A DNA stretch of 64,000 bases, taken from the NCBI RefSeq assembly GCF_009914755.1, contig NC_060930.1, one strand, 5' to 3'. This document shows positions 57,121 to 64,000 of the stretch, in pieces (position 1 is the stretch's first letter; the number at the start of each line of letters is the position of its first letter). The position numbers and the translations under genes were made by a program. A model generated the notes under the pieces. That model searched no databases. It was not told the origin of the DNA and saw only the letters and a program-made list of their open reading frames with translations. This DNA is from the human T2T-CHM13v2.0 reference genome, Homo sapiens.

Positions 57121-59674
57121 TTTTAAAATGCAATGTATATTTTATTTGTAAAAACACTATAGAAAACTATAGATTTCATAAAATATTGAGCTTAGCAGGA
57201 TAAAATCTGGATAAGACTTAAGATTCCTATTAATTCTTTTTGTTCAGTGTGTTTTGATGAAAATACTTGAGAACTCAATATATTAAAACGTCATCTGTAT
57301 GTATTTTGGCAGATTTAATCCTGTGTTGATCGTCTGGTTAACCTGAAAATGAGCTACTTGTTTCATATGGATTTTTGTGCTTATACATGGTAAATGTAAT
57401 ATTCTTATGGCCAGTATATAATTAGATATGAACCATGAAATCTATATTTACTCTAAAGACACTGGTTTCCACATATACTTACATTCTCCATATATCTTTA
57501 GAAAAACTTTACAGTCTTGTGTTTTTTAAATCATATTTGGTTTTTATACAAGAACATGTTTGTTTGCATGTGGATATGTGTGTGAACTATCACAACTAGC
57601 AAAACTCATTGGCAATTTGTTTTCTTAAAGACATTAGCAAATAACCTGATTAAATAAAGTTATGCTCAACTTTCAACTAGTCAATTTCAGAGAAAGTGAA
57701 AATTTACTTGTCGACACATGTGAGAATTCACAGGACCTCTTTGTCTTAGTGTATGAAAAACATGTCTTCAAAATAACTAAAATTAAGAAGTGATAATTTT
57801 TTTTCTTCTGCCTTGAAGTAACTTTCTCCATTGTACAACTAGAATTCAGTTCAATTATTCAGGGAAACAATAACAATAGTAATATGTTTATGAGCACATG
57901 TATCTGGCAAATTACATTCTTCAAACCAAGTTAGAAAAGACTTGGAAAAGTTAACTGTAGTTATGAATTACATTATAATTTACCTAAGTATGGGTAATGG
58001 TATTTATATTTTAAATTTTTATATAACAATTATCTAAACATAATTTTTAATAGCATATACTTTAACAATGTTAAATTAACAAAAATTCATGGCAAAATGT
58101 TAGTAACAGTTGCAAGAAAACATTAGGGATACAGTAACAAAATTTATTTTTCAACATTAATAGGACATGTACTGCTTGACATTTGGATGGGGACTTTTTT
58201 TTTAACATGAATTATGTATAGTTGAACAAAACCTTCAAACAGCTTTTAAGATATGCTCAATTTATCTAACATTCTTCTTATGAAACTGTTTCATAAAAAG
58301 TATCAAATATTTTCTAACAGAATAAGCTAAATCTAGCATATATTATAATGTGCAAGATATTTATGAATAAGTAACATTATCAGGAAACATAGCTAGGTTT
58401 ACGAATTCATTTTTAATTCCTGTGCAATAGGCCACGGAGACAAACATTCTCCAGATTAATAATCCAAGCATATTTATTCTCCATTACGTAAAATAGCTGA
58501 GTGATTCATCTGCATTCAGTACCAGAAATACAGCACAAAGGAGAAACAGATCAGAAATATAAGCTTCAAAGATAAAAAAACAGAAAGGAGTGCAGCATGT
58601 TAGAAGACCTGTAGATTTTCATAATAAATCCATCTCCAAGATTTCTGCAAGTGAAGCACTTATATAAGACATTCAATGGATGGATTTTAATGCCATAGAT
58701 AAAATTCTATTAATATTATATATAGATATTGCATTTTTGTTTACATTAAGTGAATGTGCACATGTAGATATAAGCTCCTTTACTAAGAAATAAAATTCTA
58801 AGTGAGAAAAAAACAGATACTATCATCTGAAATAAGCCCTTGATTTTCTATTAGAGGAAAAGACCATTTAGAGTTCCAACAAAAGACATGCACTGAACTT
58901 AATGACTAAAATTTAATTTTACAGTACAGTAGAAAATGTAAGCGAAAGCAGAACTTTTCTGGAACAGCCACAAGAGATTCACCAATAAAATGTCAGAGAT
59001 GAGAAATAGGAAATCTGCTTTAACATCAGATGTGAGGGAGGAGATGAAGATTTCTAATATCACCACTCTGGTGTACTAGTAATAAGACAAGAATCTTGCA
59101 GCATCTGTTCAAAGTCTGATATAATTCTTTGGTGAGTACTCCCTTAGAACAATATAATTTTCTAAAGTATCAGCCCTAGAGGGTGCAATTCTTCAGAGAA
59201 GGTTAAATTTTCCTCTTGGTTATAGAGTTTGAAAATGCCACAGCTAATTACATGAAAATATTAGACATTTCATGAATCAATTTGGTAAAACTGTCTAAAT
59301 TGATGCAGATGGCTTCATTTTTCTAATAAATCTAGTCTCTCTTACTAGGGAATGAGAATCAAGTTAATTTCTGAATATTGGTACCTTCATTTAGGGTACT
59401 CCTGAAAAAAAATATTTTCCAAATCTTAATTTAGAAATGATTATTTGCAGAATGAAAAATGAATAATTAAGAAGAGTCTTTCCTAGAACTAATAGATGTT
59501 ACTAACGTCAAGTAAACCAAACCAAAAATCAGAGTAAATATTTAGCCGAAACATTAGTACTTTCTAACTTTCTAAAAAATTCATAGTCTTGTGATAAATA
59601 CATTAAAATAATAAAAAAGATTATATAAATGTCCTTGTGCTTTAACTTTTGATGAATAATTCCCAAATACTCTA

Positions 59675-60005
59675 CTGTGAAAACATATGTCCACACAAAG
59701 ACATATATAAATCGTCATAGTAGCCTTATTTATAATAGCCCAAATTGGAAACAACCTAAATTACCATCAATAGGAGAATGAGTAAATAAATCGTGGTATA
59801 GGCACATGAAGGAGAAATTCTCAGTGACATAAAACAATGAACTACTGACATACACAACAACAGGGATGACCCTCAAAAGCATTATGTTAAGTGAAAAAAG
59901 CATAGACAAGTCAATACATGCCTACTTATGCAATACTAGAAAAAGGATAGAAGATAGCAACAGAAAGCAGATTAGAGCTCACCAGGGACCAGGGGTGGAG
60001 GGAGG
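59675..60005 (+). mobile_element. L1M 3'-end fragment
   Basis: tatgtccacacaaagac...tttataatagcccaaattggaaacaacc...attatgttaagtgaaa. Confidence 0.8.
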
Positions 60006-60019
60006 CTCAAATAATTTTT

Positions 60020-63000
60020 TTTGGCCAGACAGGGACCTGCTGCCTTAAAGGGAAGGTGCCAGTCTTGGCATGATTAATCACCCGCTAACTAAAGAGCCCT
60101 TGAGCCCGGAATAACCAGCAATGATACTCAGACACAATGTCAAGAAAATTGGGTAGGATTCTGAGAATTGCTGGTTTCAGGAGAGACTCAGTACATTCCC
60201 AGTTGTGGCAGCTATGGGGCAATTCTTCCACTTAAAAAAAGTGCAGTGAAAAGTAAGGTAGAATTTGTCCTGTACCTTAGGTGGGCCACAGTGAAATACA
60301 GCACCAAGTGAATTCCTGAGATCCCCAATTCCAGGACTTGAATCTTAACATGGCATTTCTCAACCTTCCCTGGGCCAGAAAACAAAGCCTAAGTGTGAGT
60401 CCCAGGCCAGGAAGCATTCACCACAAGCTGAATGAATGCCTTGGGCCTTAAGGAAATATATCAATGGTAGTCTGACAGTACACACCATGAGCCAGTGGTG
60501 GCAGTGGCCATGGGTAAGGCTCCTCTGCCTTTGGAAAGTAGGGAGAAGAAATGTGTCTTGTGGGTTGAGTGTCAGCTCAGCCACAGTACAAGAGAACACC
60601 AGGTAGACTTATAAGGTTTTTGACTCTAGTGCCAGGCTACCAGTTGATACTTCTGCACCCACTTGGGGCCTGGGGGTCATCACCACCCAGAAGGGAAGGA
60701 CACAGACCTGGTGAGCTTTGCCACCTGCTGATTGTAGAACCCCAGAGCCTTGAACAAACATAGGCAGTAGCCAAAAAGTGGTTATAGAAGGCCATAGGCA
60801 AGATCTAGCACCTTGCTGGCTTCAGGTTTGACCCAAAATAGTCATAGTGGTGGTAGCCACAGGGGTGCTTGTGTTACTCCAACCCCAGCTTTAGGTGGCT
60901 TAGAAGAGAGACAGAGATTCTGCATGTTTGGGAGAAAGTAAAGGAAGAGAACATAAGTCTCTGCCAGTTAATCCAGAGAATTCTCCTGGATCCGGTCCAA
61001 GACCATTGTGATGGTTAATACTGAGTGTCAACTTGATTGGATTGAAGGATAAAAAGTATTAATCTTCTAGGTGTGACTGTTAGGGTGCTGCCAAAGGAGA
61101 TTAACATTTGAGTCAGTGGGGGGAAAGGCAGACACACCGTTAATCTGGGTAGGCACAATCTAATCAGCTGCCAGCGCAGCTAGACTATAAGCAGGCAGAA
61201 AAATTTGAAAAGAGAGATTGGCCTAGTCTCCTAGACTGTATCCTTCTCCCATGCTGGATGCTTCCTGCCCTTGTACATTGGACTTGAAGTTCTTCAGTTT
61301 CAGAACTCGGACTGGCTCTCCTTGCTCCTCAGCCTGCTGATGGCCTATTGTGGGACCTTGTGATCGTGTGAGTTAATACTTAATAAACTCCCATATATAT
61401 TCATATATATACATATATATTATATATATGTATATACATTTCATTAATTCTGTTCATCAAGAGAACCCTGACAAATAAAACCGTCAAGATGGTACCTCTA
61501 TGAGTCTGCAAGAACCACAGTATTACAGGGCTTGGGGTACCCACAAAAGCAGAAACAACTTATATCACAAAATCCAAGTCTTTTCAAATATCTGGAAAGC
61601 ATTCTCAAGAAGGACAGGTACAAACCAACCCATATAGTTAAGACTATAATATATACCTAACTCTTCAATGCCCAGACACCAAAGAATATCTACTATCATT
61701 AACACCATCTAGGAAATGTGACCTCACCAAATGAACTAAATAAGGAACCAAAGATCAATCCTGGAGAAACAGAGATATGTGACCTTTCAGACAGAGAATT
61801 CAAAATAGCAGTGTTGAGGAAACTCAATGAAATTCAAGATAACACAGAAAAGGAATTCAGAATTCTATTAGACTAATTTAACAAGAGATTGAAATAATGA
61901 AAATGAATCAAGCAGAATTCTGGAGTTGAAAAATGTAACTGGCATACTAAAGAATACGTCAGTCTTCTAATAGCAAAATAGATCAAGCAGAAGAAATAAT
62001 TAGTGAGCTTGAGCACAGGTTATCTGAAAATACCCAAACAGAGGAGACAAAAGAAAAGAGAATAAAAACAAACAACCACAACCATAGGTTCTAGAAAATA
62101 TCTTCAAAAAGGCAAAATGTTATTGGTCTTAAGAGGAGGTAGAGAAAGCGATAAGGGTATAGTTTATTCAAAAGCATTATAACAGAGAATTTTCCAAACC
62201 TAGAGAAAGATATCAATACTAAAGTACAAGAAGTTTATATAACACCAAACAGATTTAACCAAAAGAAGACTACCTGAAGGCATTTAATAATTAAACTCCC
62301 AAAGATCAAGAATAAAGTAAAGCTACTAAAGCAGCAAGATAAAAGAAACAAATAACATACAATGGAGCTCAAATACATCCGGCAGCAGACTTTTCAGTGG
62401 GAATCATACAGGCCAGAAGAGACTAGCTTAACATATTTGAAGTGCTGAAGAGAAAACACTTTTACCCTATAATAGTATATCTGGATATATATATCCAGAT
62501 ATATATATATTTGGACATTTATATATGCAATATATATATGGCATATAGATATTATATATGCCATATATATATATGCAAACATGAAGGAGAAATAACAACT
62601 TTCCAACACAAACAAAAGGAAGGCTGAGGCAGGAGAACTGCTTGAACCCATCATCAAGAGAGCAGAAATAATTTAAATTGAAATGAAGAAAATTATATGA
62701 AATATCCATGAAATAAGAAGTTGGTTTTTTGAAAAGTTAAAAAAATTGACAAACCTTTAGCCAGAATAATTAAGGAAATATATACATTTATATATTTAGA
62801 AAGAGAGAGAGAGAGAGAAGGTCCAAATAAATAAAATCAGAGATGAAAAAGGAGACATTACAACTGATACCACAGAAATTCAAAGGATCATTTGTGGCTA
62901 TTAAGAGCAACTATATGCCAATATATTGGAAAATCTAGAAGAAATGAACAAATTCCTAGACACAAATAACCTACCAACAATGAACCAGGAAGAAATCCCA

Positions 63001-63566
63001 AACCTAAAAAGACCAACAACAAGTAATGAGATCAAAGCCATAATAAAAAGTCTCTCCATAAAAATTAAATAAATAAAAAAGACCAGAACCCGATGGCTTT
63101 TACTGCTGAATTCTGCCAAACACTTAAAGAACTAGCAGCAATCCTATTGAAAGTATTCCAACAAACAGAGGAGAAACGAATACTAACAGACTCATTCTAT
63201 AAGCCCAGTACCCTGATACCAAAACCAAAGACGCACCAAAAGAAGAAAACCACAGGATAATATCTCTGATGAATATTGACACAAAAATCCTCAACAAAAT
63301 ACTAGCAAACCAAATTCAACAACACATTAAAAAGATCATTCATCATGCAAGGATGGTTCAACACATGCAAATCAATCAACATGATACATCAGTTCAACAG
63401 AATGAAGGACAAAAACCATATAATCATTTCATTTGATGCTGAAAATGCATTTGATAATATTCAACATTCCTTCATGATAAAAACACTCAAAAATTGTGTA
63501 TAGAAGAAACATATCTCAACATAATATAAGCCATGACAGACCCATGGCTAGTATCATTCTGAACAG

Positions 63567-63597
<31 letters not shown>

Positions 63598-64000
63598 CTC
63601 CTCAAATCAGGAAGATGACAAGAATGCCCACTTTCACCATTGTTACTGAACATAGTACTGCAGGAAAAAAAATCTAATAATCTGATTAAAAATGTCCAAA
63701 AGATCAGAATATGTATTTCTGAAAAGAACATATGTAAGTAGCAAACGAATATATGAAAAGGTGTCCACATCATTGATCATCAGAGTAATGCAAATTAAAA
63801 CTACAATGAGATATCATCTGACCCCAATTAAAATGGCTTATATTCAGTAGTTGGGCAATAATTAATAAATAATAGCAAGGATGTGGAGAAAAGGGAAGCT
63901 TTGTACACCTTTGGTAGAAATGTACATTAGTACAACCATTATGTATAACAGTTTGGAGGTTCTTCAAACAAGTAAAAATAGAGCTACTACATGATTCAGC
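60020..64000 (+). mobile_element. Old L1 (L1PB/L1MA-class): 5'UTR, ORF1 and partial ORF2 with large internal deletions; runs off the window
   Basis: ORF1 motifs (gacctttcagacagagaattcaaaatagc) and ORF2 motifs (ggagacattacaactgataccacag, tgatgaatattgacacaaaaatcc, aaaactacaatgagatatcatctgacccc). Confidence 0.88.
61007..61479 (+). mobile_element. MLT2A (HERVL) solo LTR nested in the L1 5'UTR
   Basis: tgtgatggttaatactgagtgtcaacttgattggattgaagga...gagaaccctgac, with internal TA tract. 5-bp TSD accat/accgt. Confidence 0.92.

Overview
AT-rich, CpG-depleted catarrhine primate (human-like) genomic DNA from a gene-poor intergenic or intronic region. AluY, THE1A, MLT2A and MADE1 elements are all present. 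I recognise no protein-coding gene, RNA gene or CRISPR array. The ORF track is explained by Alu, L1 and THE1 remnants plus chance ORFs. Much of the window is interspersed repeat: about 9 Alu/FLAM copies, several L1 generations, L2, MIR, a THE1A provirus, a MER4-group ERV1 remnant, solo LTRs and DNA-transposon MITEs. Repeat subfamily names come from my recall of consensus sequences and need RepeatMasker/Dfam confirmation. The most notable direct observations are four. (1) An AluY at 47053-47530 is interrupted by a fold-back palindrome and an inverted ~190-bp copy of DNA from ~1.6 kb upstream, consistent with serial template switching. (2) A purely internal L1 ORF2 fragment without 3'UTR or poly(A) is flanked by a perfect 15-bp target-site duplication. 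(3) A 33-bp Alu piece fills a large deletion in an old L1. (4) Splice signals outline a candidate minus-strand spliced transcript (30637-30475, 21995-21913, 16800-~16485) and a candidate plus-strand intron (7466-8205) hosting a MADE1 hairpin. The transcript models are inference only. I found no evidence for a new protein-based system.
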